A DNA stretch of 64,000 nt from Octopus vulgaris (GCA_951406725.2 OX597826.1:7998001-8062000), one strand, 5' to 3'. Positions 26,360 to 41,365 are shown, counted from the first letter of the stretch. The notes: generated by a model not told the origin, from the letters alone. Program-made: numbers and translations.

Positions 26360-26535
26360 CAATTTTTTTTTCCTCTGTCCTCCCGTCTCGGGATCTTTCT
26401 TTCTCCTATGTTTCCGACGAAGAGCTCCGCTCGAAACGTCATACCCTCCTTCTTCCATTTTCCTGAGCGCCTAATAATAATAATACTGTAATTGTTCCAC
26501 GTGTTGTTGTTTTTTCTGTTTTCCCGTTTGGATTA

Positions 26536-26540
<5 letters not shown>
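26360..26540 (+). mobile_element. Short repeat with a hammerhead-like motif, ending in (TA)n
   Basis: CCGACGA-A-GAGC-TCC-GCTC-GAAA-CG-TC at about 26410-26444; 3' end shared with 4805-4885 and 33563-33630. Confidence 0.65.
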
Positions 26541-26604
<64 letters not shown>

Positions 26605-26607
<3 letters not shown>

Positions 26608-26740
26608 TAACAAAGATGTACAGGTGTCAATTCATTGAGACCGTTTCAAGAGTTTCCTTTAACTGATTAATGAAAACATCAATTAAAGGAGTCCGTTGAA
26701 ACGGCCGTAATGAATACACACCTGTACATCATTGTTACTC
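26605..26740. repeat. Fold-back (inverted repeat) containing the 3' half of a hammerhead motif
   Basis: Arms GAGTAACAAAGATGTACAGGTGT...ACACCTGTACATCATTGTTACTC; GAA-ACGGCCGT-A at 26698-26709. Confidence 0.7.
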
Positions 26741-26993
26741 GTTTATATTTCATTCACGTACTCTGGAATCTGTACGGAAATATTAGAGAAAATATCTTCA
26801 TACATAGTACGTGTCTGAACAATCAAGAGCGGATCTTTTCCCCAAGCTGGGTCGTGCAGAAATATCAAATACCAACACTTCTGCACAGAGTTTGATATTC
26901 ACCTGATATTGCTTGGGTGTGCAAATTAGATCGACCGAACAAGCTGCCTCAATTTAAGTATCTAAGTACTGAATCTTCATTATATATATATTC

Positions 26994-27375
26994 GTGGCAC
27001 TCCGTCAGTTACGACGACGAGGGTTCCAATTGATCTTATCAACGGAACAGACTGCTCGTGAAATTAACATGCAGATGGATGAGCACACCATAGACACATG
27101 TAGCCTTAACGTAGTTCTCGGGGAGATTCAGCATGACACAGAGCGTGACAAGGCTGGCCCTTTGAAATACAGGTACAACATAAACAAGAAGAAAGAGTGA
27201 GAGAAAGTTGTGGCGAAAGAGTACAGCAGGGTTCGACACCACCCCCTGTCGGAACCTCGTGGAGCATTAGGTGTTTGCGGTCACTAAACACTCAGAACGC
27301 TCTATCTGGGAATCGAAACCGCGATCCTACGACCGCGAGTCCGCTGCCCTAACCAGAGGGCCATTGCGCCTCCAC
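26994..27375 (-). mobile_element. tRNA-derived SINE family C, tail type 2
   Basis: GTGGAGGCGCAATGGCCCTCTGGTTAGG...GGTTTCGATTCC head shared with 1589-1895; different 3' half. Confidence 0.8.
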
Positions 27376-27411
<36 letters not shown>

Positions 27412-27794
27412 TATAAATACAGTGTACATTTAAACACATAAGAGGTATCAGTCATAGGATTCCTTTCACAATAGAAGGAACAGATAAAGGCCAAATCACT
27501 ATTAGGGATAACAATTCGAAAGGAATGAAAAATAAAAACATTTACCATCAATCTGCTGGCCCATGGTTTCTGACTTTTTTTTAGCAAACAAAATAATTTG
27601 CTAGCCGAAGTCTTCATCAGCAGGTACGCCTAGATTAAACATATAAGTACGAGGCAAATCCAGCACGTGCCTCTTGCTTATACATTAGAATTTTTCAAAT
27701 CTACCGCGCAAGCGCAATTTTTTGTCTTCATCAGCAGGTACGCATAGATTAAACATATAAGTACGAGGCAAAAAACTGCGCTTGCGCGGTGGGT

Positions 27795-27948
27795 TTCTAC
27801 TCTAGGCACAAAAGCCCGAAATTATGAGGGCGGGGACCAGTCGATTAGATTGACCCCAGTACGCAACTGGTACTTAATGTATCGACCTGAAGGATGAAAC
27901 GCAAAGCCGGCCTCGGCGGAATTTGAACTCAGAACGTAAAGACAGATG
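27795..27948 (-). mobile_element. SINE family B, 5'-truncated
   Basis: TTCTACTCTAGGCACA...CCTCGGCGGAATTTGAACTCAGAACG. Confidence 0.8.
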
Positions 27949-28539
27949 ATAATAACATTGCAATAATACTGATGATAACATTACAATATTATTTATCACT
28001 GCTTAGTACTCCCACTCTGTAATTTAATGTGAATATTTCATTGTATGAGTGACAACTGCGAAGAAGGATACGTATTTGCTTACGGTACCCTACGAAGAGT
28101 TTATTGCATTCATTTCTAAAACGACTTGACGTCTTTCGCATGAGTAGCTGCTGATAAATATACGCATACACACACACGCACACACATATGTATATATATA
28201 TACTCATGTACAACACACATGCACAAACACCCACAAATGCACACACACATATGCATATATACTAACAATATAGTTGATTCAAGTAAGCAGGCGATTTGCA
28301 CTTCTCTACATCACATTTACTTCACAGATTCGCTAAATACAATGTTTCAGCGAAAATATAAGTGAAATCTTATAACTTAATGCGTATATTGTGTTCTATA
28401 TTAAAAATATTATCGAATGCAGCATTCGGTTACAAAATGGATTTGAAGCGAAAGGGTTTATAGATGTGGTTTTTGCAAAGAAAAAACAATATCTACGAGA
28501 AAAAATGGAAGCATCAGTATATGGTTACATGCTCATATG

Positions 28540-28685
<146 letters not shown>

Positions 28686-28949
28686 TATATGTAGATATAT
28701 ACGCATAAGCACACGTATACATACAAGCACACTTGCATATAAACATGCATATATATGTACACATGTATAAGTATAGATATATATATATATATATGTATTT
28801 ATATACAATATATACATACACACACACACATACATATATATATACATATACATGTATATATAGATATATACACATACATGTATATATATGCATATGTATA
28901 TATATATATATATATATATACATTCATATATACACACATACATACATAC

Positions 28950-28987
<38 letters not shown>

Positions 28988-29041
28988 ACATACATATACA
29001 TACAAACATATATAGATGCATGCATGCATGCATACATACAT

Positions 29042-29092
<51 letters not shown>

Positions 29093-29577
29093 TATATATA
29101 TATATATATATACTTCCCCAAGAAAATCCAATTTTTTTTAAGAATTCACAAGACAGCTCAATAAACGAAACGAATAGCCAAGAGAAATATGAAAGAAATT
29201 ATGGAGTAGTCTGCAGAGAACCGCTAGGATTTGGCAAATACAGAGTCAAAAGGTGGAAAGTTACCAATACCGGGGGCAAGAGGGAATGCGTGATCTGCGA
29301 TTTAACAGAGAATGATCGCCTTGTAAAAGCAATAGAGTTTACCTTCAGAACTGGCACTCGCGCTTCATGTGTCTTTGGGGAGAAGTTCTGGAATACTGAC
29401 AAGGGAAAATTGTCCTTGCTCCTGTAAACTGTCTGTGACCTTTTGTCAATCCAAAATAACCAGAGGTTTTCTCAATTTCAGTTGTTTTTTGTCCATCTCC
29501 AGACAAATTAGTGTTATTTCATCATAGTTTTCGTTTTTATTGACTTCGGTGAAGGTAGGAAGTAGCTTTATTTTTGT

Positions 29578-29800
29578 TCTTTTGTTCATATTTCGTAGCT
29601 ATTTGTATTTTTTCTCTTGGCAGAATCGGTTGCAGCATTTTATCCGTTCTTATAACCTAAGTTCAAATTTCGCCGAGGTCGACTTTGCCCTTTATCGTTT
29701 CGGAGTCGTTAAAATCTTGACTAGTCGAGCACTTGCGTCGATGTAACCGACTTATCTTCTTCTCCAAAATTAATGGCCTTGTGCCAAAATTTGAAACCGA
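29578..29800 (+). mobile_element. SINE family B, diverged
   Basis: AGTTCAAATTTCGCCGAGGTCGACTTTGCC...GGCCTTGTGCCAAAATTTGAAAC; 5' boundary approximate. Confidence 0.65.
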
Positions 29801-30543
29801 TATTTATTGCATATTTTCTGGTTTTTCATTGCGTATTATATAATAGTTTTCTCGTCGAATAAAGCATCTTCCTCCTCGCAGTTGAGAAAAATATGATACT
29901 GCGATATCAAAGTACGAACGGTGTACACTAAATATAACCTTTTTGTTTTAAGGTTTTTTTCTCTCCTGCCTCGCCAGATCATTATACGCCCAGTTGAGAA
30001 TATTATAACGAAGAATTATGGCAGCAAGTGTTTCGATGCCAGTTGGCTTCCTTTTTTTTGTTATTTTGCATTTTGGTTAGTCTTAAGTAATAATCATATA
30101 TGTCTACAATATCTCTTCCTAATCTTTTCTTTCATATATGTATGCTGTAAGCTGCCTTGCAAAAGTATTATCTGCAGCATCAGTTTTTCCGGTAATTTAG
30201 CGTGCCAAAACGGAGACATTTGAAATAGTAGCCACGAGTGTAATGGGTAGGACTGTTTTACAAGTCTGACTTTGTGCGGACGTCCTAGTATGTAGTCCTG
30301 CAAATTATATTCATCTGGACGGTCGCACCGATGATCTACGGATATTTATGTAAGTAAAATTACGTCATATTTTAATAGTGAAACATTTATGTGAATAATC
30401 CATATTTTTATTGCTTTTTCTTTTGTCTTGCTCGATTATGTTTTGGTTATTTTGCTAAATTTTTCTTGAGAATATTTCTTAGTGGTAAGACCATAGCGGA
30501 TCTGTTTCTAGCATAAGGGTGTCCACATAGTGGTTTCCCTCTA

Positions 30544-30608
<65 letters not shown>

Positions 30609-30614
<6 letters not shown>

Positions 30615-30824
30615 GGGTTGCTGAAACGTAGGCTTGAAGGGTATCTTGAAAGGCCTGCTTGGGGAGACAACCTTACGAGTTCTTTAACAGAGCTTAGAAA
30701 ATCTGATGGACCACTGCAGTAAGTGTGTGGACCTGACAGGAATATGTTAACTAAAATCATAATTAACTGATCCTCCCGTATTTTCTTTTACCCAAATCCA
30801 GGAGCTTTTCAGCACTTCTTCGTA
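30609..30824 (+). mobile_element. Mariner-derived MITE
   Basis: TA-TGAGGGGTTGCTGAAA ... TTTCAGCACTTCTTCG-TA; homolog of 16951-17172. Confidence 0.7.
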
Positions 30825-30883
30825 TATACATACATATATTTGTATATAATATACATTCTTTCTCTTCTTATTTTCTCTTATTC

Positions 30884-30918
30884 GTTTCTGTTGAAGAGCG
30901 TAGGCACGAAACGTAAAA
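30884..30918 (+). ncRNA. Degenerate hammerhead-like motif in a short repeat
   Basis: TTT-CTGTTGA-A-GAGC-GTAG-GCAC-GAAA-CG-TA-AAA. Confidence 0.4.
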
Positions 30919-31148
30919 GACTTTTTCATTAATACACTTGCGTGTTGTTCATGCACTTGTCTTCATCTATTCTTTTTCTATAAATTTCAATTAATATACA
31001 TACACACATACATAAAATTCTGAGTTTGGTCTGAAATCACCTCAATATCTTTTATGTGACGCATAACTTACAGGAGACGGAAGGTTTGTATGTGCCATTG
31101 ATGAGACGGTTGCAAATGCAACATCCAAATTACACAACAGGTTAATAT

Positions 31149-31181
<33 letters not shown>

Positions 31182-31911
31182 TATATATAAGTGTGTGTGT
31201 GTGAGAGAGAATTCAAATATGAATTAGAAGCAAGGGATATATGTAATATCGAACACACATACACACACGGTATATGTTTGCTCCTCCGTGTGTTGGCTTA
31301 TAGGTCTAAGAGAATATATTCTCATCGATGCACCTGGTGTTAAAGCGCCTGATAATATACAATATATATACCCACCTATACTATTTATAGTACTTTAGTA
31401 CTTCATGCATTTTCAAGTTTCTATTTGCTTACTTTTGGTAAGAGAGGGATCAAATTTTACAAGGCCACAGCAAATGCTCGTCTGGATTCAATATTTAAAT
31501 CTTATTCACTCTGGAAGTTCTACGTTGTCCATGGAAAAATTATTGCTGTCATTAAATGTTTTACAAATGTTCATATTGGCTGGAGATGGAGAAGTATAAA
31601 TAAACAACATCAAAATTCATACGCTACAAATGATACGCAATATGGCAGACAATAGGAAACATAGGAAACCGTCTTAAATTTGAAGAATGCAACAAGAATG
31701 ACAAAAAGACCATTTTTTCATAACTTTCTCAGAGAAAAGATAGGTGAACAAAATGCATTGCGGAACTTTCAATCACAAACCAATTCACGCATATATGGAA
31801 ATACCTATATGGAGATAGGGTTCCATCGGAATTATTCTGTTCCAAGATATAAAATTGACAAGTCGTATTTATTTCCCTTTCCATTAATAACATGTTTTAT
31901 AGGCCGAACAT

Positions 31912-31937
31912 TATCATCATTACAATTATTATTATTA

Positions 31938-32002
<65 letters not shown>

Positions 32003-32069
32003 GTTATCATTATTATTATTATTATCATTATTATTATTATTATTATTATTATCATTATTATAATTATTA

Positions 32070-32134
<65 letters not shown>

Positions 32135-32135
32135 A
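31912..32135. repeat. (ATT)n microsatellite
   Basis: Direct reading. Confidence 0.97.
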
Positions 32136-32489
32136 TAATGATTTATTATGCTTGGCTTATATTTTTACAGATTATATCAAACATTGATTGTAAATCACAC
32201 ACCAAACATTATATGTGGCAGAATATCTCGTATGGGTTAATCTATATTTGGCGCTCAAATATTCCAGATAAAATGACAAAATTTATTCCGCATTTATTTA
32301 TTTTTATCTAATTCTCCTCTATTTTTCCCTGTGTATTTTTTTCTTTCCAATACACCATAAATTGCACTCTCATTCTTAATGTTATAAATATATGTAAAAC
32401 CGATTGCACCAGCCAAACCGTCAACATATTTCTAAGTCGACAACCATCTCCTCAGACAATAAGGTTTCAAGAATGGCAGTATACGTATG

Positions 32490-32521
<32 letters not shown>

Positions 32522-32627
32522 AGTGTCTGTGTGTGAATAAATGTGTGTATATATATACGTATATATGTGCGTATATATATACATTCGTATATATATATAT
32601 ATCTATATATATATATGTGCGTATATA

Positions 32628-32677
<50 letters not shown>

Positions 32678-32968
32678 CACATATATATACATATATGTAT
32701 ATGGATGGATAGATGGATGGATGGATGGACGGATGGATGGAAGGATAGATGAATGGATGGATGAATCGATGAATGAATGGATGGATATAGGTAAGCACGT
32801 ATGTATGCATATGGTCATATGTATGTGTATATATGTAAATATGTATACGTGAATATATGTACATATGTATATACATATATGTGTATATATATATATGTGT
32901 GTGTGTACGTATGTACACATGTGTATAGGTAAGTACGTATGTACGCATATGACCAGGTATATATATAT

Positions 32969-33010
<42 letters not shown>

Positions 33011-33519
33011 GTGCTCTAAGTAGGTTGTGATAGGCGAAATGATTTGTAGGCAGTAATGGCGCAATACAATGTATTACTTTTCTGTATAACTCGGACATTT
33101 ACAACATAACATAACCTCTATTTGACTATAAACATACACACACACACACACACACACACATTGTATATTACATATATAAGTATATTCGTGTGTACATATA
33201 TATGTATACATATACATTTATATGTATGTGTAATCATATATATATGTTTATATAGACATATATATGTATATATATATATATTGTACATCCCATATACTCC
33301 AACTAGTAAGATGGAATTTATAGAAAATGTGTTCATCTTTACAACCCCACCGTTTATGATGCCATTCTTCTTACACCATTCGCTATTGGAATGTGGCAAC
33401 TGTACAGTAGATTAAGCATTCACCAAGGAAGAATAAAAATGTAATAATGACATCAACACCTCTCTAATACATACATACATACATACATACATACATACAT
33501 ACATACATACATACATACA

Positions 33520-33555
<36 letters not shown>

Positions 33556-33625
33556 TATATAAAGTTAATCCAAACAAGAAAGCAGAAAAAAAACACAACA
33601 ACGCGAGGACGTGGAACAAATATAG

Positions 33626-33662
<37 letters not shown>

Positions 33663-34159
33663 TATGCCTCTGTGTGTATATATGTGTGTATTTAGGTAAG
33701 CATGTATGTTTATGCATATGTATAACATTCGAATTTATGATGATAGCAACGTGTCTATACGCTTACATGTATCCCTAATTGCATGCGTCTATGTGCTATG
33801 TGTGTGTGGGTGTTATTATATAACCTGTAAAATTGTCACGTTGTTGTTATTATTGTTGCTTTGCTTGTTGTTGTTATTTATATGGAAAAGTCCATCGTGT
33901 TAGAAGCATAAATATTAGAAATAAATATGTAAAAAGCTGTGCTTGCTTTTTTGGTCTACATCTCTGTATCTATGTCATATCTTGTTCTAGTCTACGAACA
34001 GGAACGGTTTCAATTTTCTAAACGCCATTGTCATGAATTTCTTCTATATGTTGTTGTTGTTATTTTTGTTGTTGTTGCTGCTGCTGCTACAGCTACTGCT
34101 GCTTTTCTTCTTTATTTCTATTTCATCTTTATCATCGTCGTCGTCATCGATCCGCTGTA

Positions 34160-34730
34160 TCAGTCATCACCACCACCATCACCAGCACCACCACCACCAG
34201 CAAAAATAAAGAGAACAACAACAACCACAACACTATCATCACAATCATCATCATCGTCGTCGTCGTCGTCGTCGTAACCTTCATCAGAAACTTTGTCATC
34301 GACATCCTCATCATATCATCATCATCACCATCATCGTCATCATCGTTATTGTAATAATCCTTATCTTCATCGCCGTCCTCATCATCAGTGTCTTCGTCAC
34401 CCTCATCTTAATTTCTTCCTCCTTCTCCTCTTCCACGCCGCCTTCTTAACATCATCGCCACCACCACCAACATCATCACCACCATCATCATCGCCACCAC
34501 CACCAACATCACCATCTTCATCCTCATCCTCCTCCTCATCATCATCATCATCATCATCATCATCGTCATCATCATCATAATCGTCATCATCATCAACATC
34601 ATCATCCTCATCCTCCTCATCATCATTATCACCATCATCATCATCCTCATCATCACCCTCCCCATCACCCTCCTCCTCATCCTCATCCTCATCTCCATCA
34701 CAATCATCTCCATCACAATCATCTCCAAAC
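34160..34730. repeat. Low-complexity (CAT/CAC/CCT)n region
   Basis: Direct reading; gives poly-S/D/H ORF artefacts. Confidence 0.9.
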
Positions 34731-35042
34731 ATTGCTCATTGCATCACCACACTACATTCATCCCGCTGACTTCATTTCCAATCGCCATATATTCCCTGCT
34801 TCTTTTGCGTTGGTCAGCTCAGTTGTGGCTCCGGGAGGTCTTGGTGCATGCGCTCCATTCTTTCTTATTTGGTTTTGTTCTTACTCATTTGCTTTTTGCG
34901 GGGGTTTTATTGATTTGTTTATTTATTCATTTATTTGGTATCACATTAATATTACTCTACATAGTAATATGAGTATGCAATGAATGCCTTTGTGGCATAG
35001 CGTTCTGTATGAAGTACAGAAACGCATGTAAACCTGCGATGT

Positions 35043-35226
<184 letters not shown>

Positions 35227-35269
35227 GTATCATACATAAATAGCCGTAGATATCCATATGTATATATGT

Positions 35270-35330
<61 letters not shown>

Positions 35331-35467
35331 TATGTATACATATATATATGTAAATATACGTATGTATGTGTATATATATGTGTGGATATAAATGCATATA
35401 TGTATACACATATATATGTATATATATGTGTGTGTATATATATGTACATATATATATATATATCCTT

Positions 35468-35530
<63 letters not shown>

Positions 35531-35719
35531 TGTATCTTTGTTAATGAGTCCCAAGGCTCATATTATTACGCGGATAGTTTCTATGTGATTCCCACATTCT
35601 GCTTATCACCGTTTCCAGAGCTTCATATTTCAAACGCTGTTCTATTTCCTTTAGAGATATAAATTGTACATTTTGGTTTTGTTTTCTTTTTTTGCATATT
35701 GGAAGTGATACATCGATTA

Positions 35720-35720
<1 letters not shown>

Positions 35721-35786
<66 letters not shown>

Positions 35787-35818
35787 CAACAACAACAACA
35801 AAATCAATAATAATAATG

Positions 35819-35850
<32 letters not shown>

Positions 35851-35878
35851 GATAATAATAATAATAATAATAATAATG

Positions 35879-35934
<56 letters not shown>

Positions 35935-35944
35935 TGTAATAATG

Positions 35945-35988
<44 letters not shown>

Positions 35989-35990
35989 GA
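35721..35990. repeat. (AAT)n microsatellite
   Basis: Direct reading. Confidence 0.97.
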
Positions 35991-36538
35991 TTGTTTTATT
36001 ACCCGTTATATTACCAATGTTAACAGTAATAGTGATTATGATACATTTTTTTGTACTTGTACTCTCTTCTGATTTCAGTCATTGGAGCACGACCATGCTA
36101 GGATACTGCCTTCGATCGTATCGATCTTGGCGCTTATTTCAGTCTGATATTTATTTTGTCGAACTCTGTTGATTGAAAGTTCGCGGTACGGCTTTTTGTC
36201 GTGAAAGGCCGCTGCTCAACTTACTGCAAGCAAAGGGGCACAAACACTCACACACATTCACACATTCACACACGCTGACACAGAGACGCACACACTAAGA
36301 TTCAAACAGATACACACATGCGAATATGTATACACGTACATACGTACATGTATACACACATGCCTACGCACACTGAGCTTCAATTCCGATATATATGCAC
36401 GCATGCTTGCATACAAATAGACAGGCATACATAAATACATGCAAAAGCATAAACACGCACAGGTAGTTAAATAGATGCAGACACAGACAGACAGACAGAT
36501 AGGCAGACATGTGGACAGAGAGAAAGATAGAGAGACAA

Positions 36539-36802
<264 letters not shown>

Positions 36803-37499
36803 GGGCGGATGCGCTAGACCATCGATTAGCTTGTTTTGCTATATTCCTCTCACCTCATTCCATACAGTATTCAAACCTTGCGTTGACCAGAAGCTTGCGT
36901 TTTTTTTTGTTATCTTTTGGCCACATATACATCTTATACTGGGGTCCATCTTTTTCATTTCCTTTCCATTTGCCCTGTCCCTTTGTTTCTTTCTCCCTCT
37001 CCGGATAAAATATATTCCAGATACACGCACGCGTGCATATATCTGTAAAAACCTTCGTCAATTGTCGACCAAATGTCATCACAATATCGACACATTCCGA
37101 TAATATTGTTGTCTTTGACGTTTGTCGGCAAAAAAGTTCATGGCTATGAGCAGGATAACATAACGGATGACCGAGGCCATAAAATCATTCACCAACTATA
37201 ATAACATGAAAAAAAATGAGGTCAGTTCATCCGAAATATTAACGCGGGCGAACTATAGGGAGAACAAGAAATAAAGATACAGCGCGGAAAAAAATAGACA
37301 AATCGCCTCCGAAAGATATTTGTAAAGATACAATGTTTTTCGAAATAGTAACAAGAATAAAACGAGTTGTATTAATATGTATACATACACACATATATGT
37401 TTATATATATGATTTTATATTTTGCCTTCCGCTTCTCAGCGCTATCCGTTTCCGGTGGAATGTGGTGGTTTGAGGGATAGCCGTTCCCAAACTCCTTTT

Positions 37500-37531
<32 letters not shown>

Positions 37532-37563
37532 TATCATTATTATTAGTATTATTGTTATTATTG

Positions 37564-37616
<53 letters not shown>

Positions 37617-37694
37617 GTTATTATTATTATTATTATTATTGTTATTATTGTTATTATTGTTATTATTATTATTATTATTGTTATTATTACGACG

Positions 37695-37975
37695 AAGAGA
37701 TGGCTGAATAGTTAGCACACCGGACGAAATTCTGTCCGTCTTTACGTTCTGTGTTCAAATATCGCCGAGGTCGATTCGCCTTTTATCTTTTAAGGGTCGA
37801 TAAAATAAATACCAGTTGAGCACTACGGGCCAGCTTAATTGGCTGTCCATTCTCCTTCCCAAAAATTTCAAGCCCTGTACCTATAGTAGAAAGGAGAATT
37901 CAGACGGCGAGCTGGCAGACTCGGTAGCACGTCGGTCAAAATGCTTAGCGATATTTCATCCATCTTTAAGTTAAT
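37695..37975 (+). mobile_element. SINE family B copy followed by a second head
   Basis: GTTCAAATATCGCCGAGGTCGA...TACCTATAGTAGAAAGGAG, then GGCGAGCTGGCAGACTCGGTAGCAC. Confidence 0.7.
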
Positions 37976-38304
37976 TACCGAGGCTTCCCGAACATGTGCT
38001 CGATTTTCTACGTGCCAGGTGTCTAAATGATCACGGAGCAACCTGAAATGAAATGTTTTGCTCAAGAACACAACGCACCGTCCTTTCTAGGAATTGAAAC
38101 CACGATCTCGCAGTCGTGAGAACAATGCCTTAACCACTAGGCCATGGATCTCAGAACGTTTAAACGGATGAAACACCACTAAGCATTTAACTCGGAGTGC
38201 TAAAGATTCTGCCAGATCGTCATAATAATAATAATAATAATAATAATAATAGTTCTCTCAACAATAGGCACAAGGCCTGCAATTTGTTGTGATGCGGATA
38301 CTAT

Positions 38305-38398
<94 letters not shown>

Positions 38399-38449
38399 AA
38401 TAAACATATTCAACTCAATGAGTTATTCTTTGTCTCAGAGATGAGGAAT

Positions 38450-38670
38450 TCTACTCTTTACTCATTTACTCTTTTACTTGTTTTAGTCATTTGAATGTGG
38501 CCATGCTGGGGCACCGCCTTTTTTAGTCGAGAAAATCGACCCCAGGACTTATTCTTTGTAAGACAAGTACTTATTCTATCGGTCTCTTTTGCCGAACCGT
38601 TAAGTTACTGGGACGTAAATACACCAGCATCGGTTGTCAAGCGATGATGGGTAAAAACACAGACACACAA

Positions 38671-38758
<88 letters not shown>

Positions 38759-38985
38759 ATATATATATACATTGGTAAAAATGGTAAGATAACAAAAGAA
38801 AGAAAGAGGCCTCAATATTATGTAAATAGAGGAAATTTATCTGTAAATTAATATGGGACAATTATTCGGTAGCCAAGATAAAAGTGAGTTTCGGGTGCCG
38901 AGGTGGAAATCCACATCACCATCTCTTCGGTTATCTGGTCAGATAACTGAAGAGATGGTGGTATGGATTTCCTCCTCGGCATCCG

Positions 38986-39036
<51 letters not shown>

Positions 39037-39160
39037 CGACGGGCTTCTTTCAGTTTCCGTCTACCAAATCCACCGACAAGTCTTTGGTCGGCCAGAGGCA
39101 ATAGTAAAAGACACTTGCCCAAGGTGCCACGCCGTGGGACTGAACAAGGAACCCACGCCT
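38450..39160 (-). mobile_element. SINE family A interrupted in its internal microsatellite by a fold-back element
   Basis: 3' half 38450-38675, 5' half 39036-39160, insert 38770-38988. Confidence 0.85.
38770..38988 (-). mobile_element. Fold-back element with a hammerhead-like motif
   Basis: Hairpin 38888-38988; minus strand AGATAA-C(C/T)GAAGA...GAAA-CTCAC-TT-TTATCT (38936-38876). Confidence 0.65.
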
Positions 39161-39639
39161 ATTCTGTACATTATTCATGGATATGTGTCCTCATTTTGTT
39201 TGTTGTTAGCACTGGTAAAAACAAACAAAATGAGGACCCATATCCGTCCAATTCAATGAGTTCATTGGTCTGCTAAAATCACAACTGCCTATGATAGCGG
39301 TTAGTGGGGGACCGGATCCACAACGATGTGGTTGCGTAGCAAACGTCTTAACCACGCGGCTATGCCTACGCCTGATTCTTTGAATTGGCATTATTGTATA
39401 TTGGTTTTATCATTATTTTATGTAGCAAATAACATTTTGAGAATGCGCTACTTTGGAATTGGCTTTGCTTACTGAGTAACAGCATTGTTGCCGCGAGAGC
39501 CGCTAAATAAGACATAGTTAATGATAGGATAACGATAATTTCAAATAATGTTTCCTTCAGGAGGAGAAATGAAGAACCTTTTTAACCTTCTATGCGAATT
39601 CAGAAGCGTTCGTTGTATCAAGGGATGGATATAAACTGT

Positions 39640-40400
39640 GATAGAGAAAAATCGATAGAGAGATATTTAAGGCTGCAATGATTGAAGAAAGAAAATGCTG
39701 GAGATTGAGGGTGGGAGGAAGACAGAGACAGAGAAGTGGGAGAGAGAAGGGAGGGGGAGAAAGAGAGGAACAGAGATTGGGAGACAGGAAACCAGCTGGA
39801 AGGGATAGAGAGAAAGAGAGAGTGAGAAAGAAAATAGAGAGAAAAATTAGAGAGAAAGAGGGGCAGAATTGAGAGGAGCAGAGAGAAGTAGAGAAGCAGA
39901 GAGGGGGAGAAAAGGAGACGAGAAAGAGAGAGAAAACAGAGGGAGAGAAAAATAGAGAAACAGGGAGGGAAAATGAGATGGGGAGAGAGAAGCAGAGAGG
40001 GGGAGAAAGAAGGATAGACAGATAATGAGATCCAGATAACGAGACAAAGCGAAATAGAGAAGAGGAGAAAGAGAGAGAGAGATAGAATGAGTGAGAGAAA
40101 GAGAGAATGAGAGAGAGAGAATGAGTGAGAGAGAGAATGAATGAGAAAGAGAGAATGAGTGAGAGAGAGAAAGGCAGTGAAAGAAACGGGAATAAAAGAA
40201 AGATAGAGACATAAAAAGACAAATAGTTTGAAATGGAAAGACAGACAGGCAGACAGACAGAGGGGGAAGAGGGAGAGAAACAAAAAAAGAGAGAAAGAGA
40301 AAACTGACAGTGGAAGAGTCATAAAAATGAAAGATACAGATATAATGAGTGAGAAAGAGAGAGAGAGGCGAGAAATAAAAAAGACAGTGAAAGAGACACA
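39640..40400 (+). repeat. Purine-rich (AG) low-complexity tract
   Basis: Strong strand purine bias read directly. Confidence 0.9.
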
Positions 40401-40401
40401 G

Positions 40402-40451
<50 letters not shown>

Positions 40452-41329
40452 TATAAAAATATAAATATATATATATATATATAAAGATTGGGCGTGAGAA
40501 AATAAGTGTGATAGAAGGGTTGGGGAATGGTGAAATGAAGGGAATGGTAAAGAGAGAGAATTTCATTCGTTTCTGAGAAAAAGTGCAGAATAGTAATTCT
40601 GCTTAACAATTGGAGACCTCCTCTGGTGCTATTATGTCAATAATGTACAGCATTTTGAAAAGAAATATGCATGGGTACCTCTTGGACATTAGACTATAAT
40701 AGATTGAGTAGCGATTGTTACGTATATTCTTCTTCATTTATTTTTTTTTTTACAATCGTTTCTGTGTAGGTATTTGATACGTGTGGCTTGCTATGGTGGT
40801 GTAATATATATGTCAGCATCATCTTGCTTAATGTTCCTGGTTATTTGCTTAGAATTGGCAATTGTAATAATCTTGAACTATTCAATACAAGAAACAAACA
40901 AGTGCTGTAACCTACACCGACCGTGTGTGAATGTACGAACTCTGTGAGTGTACACGCGTGTGTGTGTGTGTATCTGTGTGTATTTGTGTGTATGTATTTG
41001 TATGTGTATGTGTGTGTGAGTGTTTAGTTATGTGTTGGATATTGTGCAAATATACGCCTCTGCGTCTAGGCGCGTGTGTGGATGTTTATGTGCGCATAGC
41101 TATGGGAATGTATACTTATATGGAAAAAAAAATGATTCGGGTTTGCCTTTCAGGTAAAGTAATGTTACTTCTCAGTTGTATACCTATTTTATACCTGAAA
41201 CAGGTATTACGAGTTACTATTCTCTTTTAAAAAACATAATATGTAAGTGTGTAAGTGTGCGCACACATACACACCCACACACACACATATATATATATAT
41301 GCATGCATATATTTATACATATATATGTG

Positions 41330-41365
<36 letters not shown>

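Noticed and set aside
29110-29430. Unique, GC-balanced stretch open on both strands
   Set aside because: No recognisable domain or clear splice structure; needs RNA-seq or homology search
34403-34732. Acidic D/E-rich ORF
   Set aside because: Derived from (CAT)n low-complexity sequence
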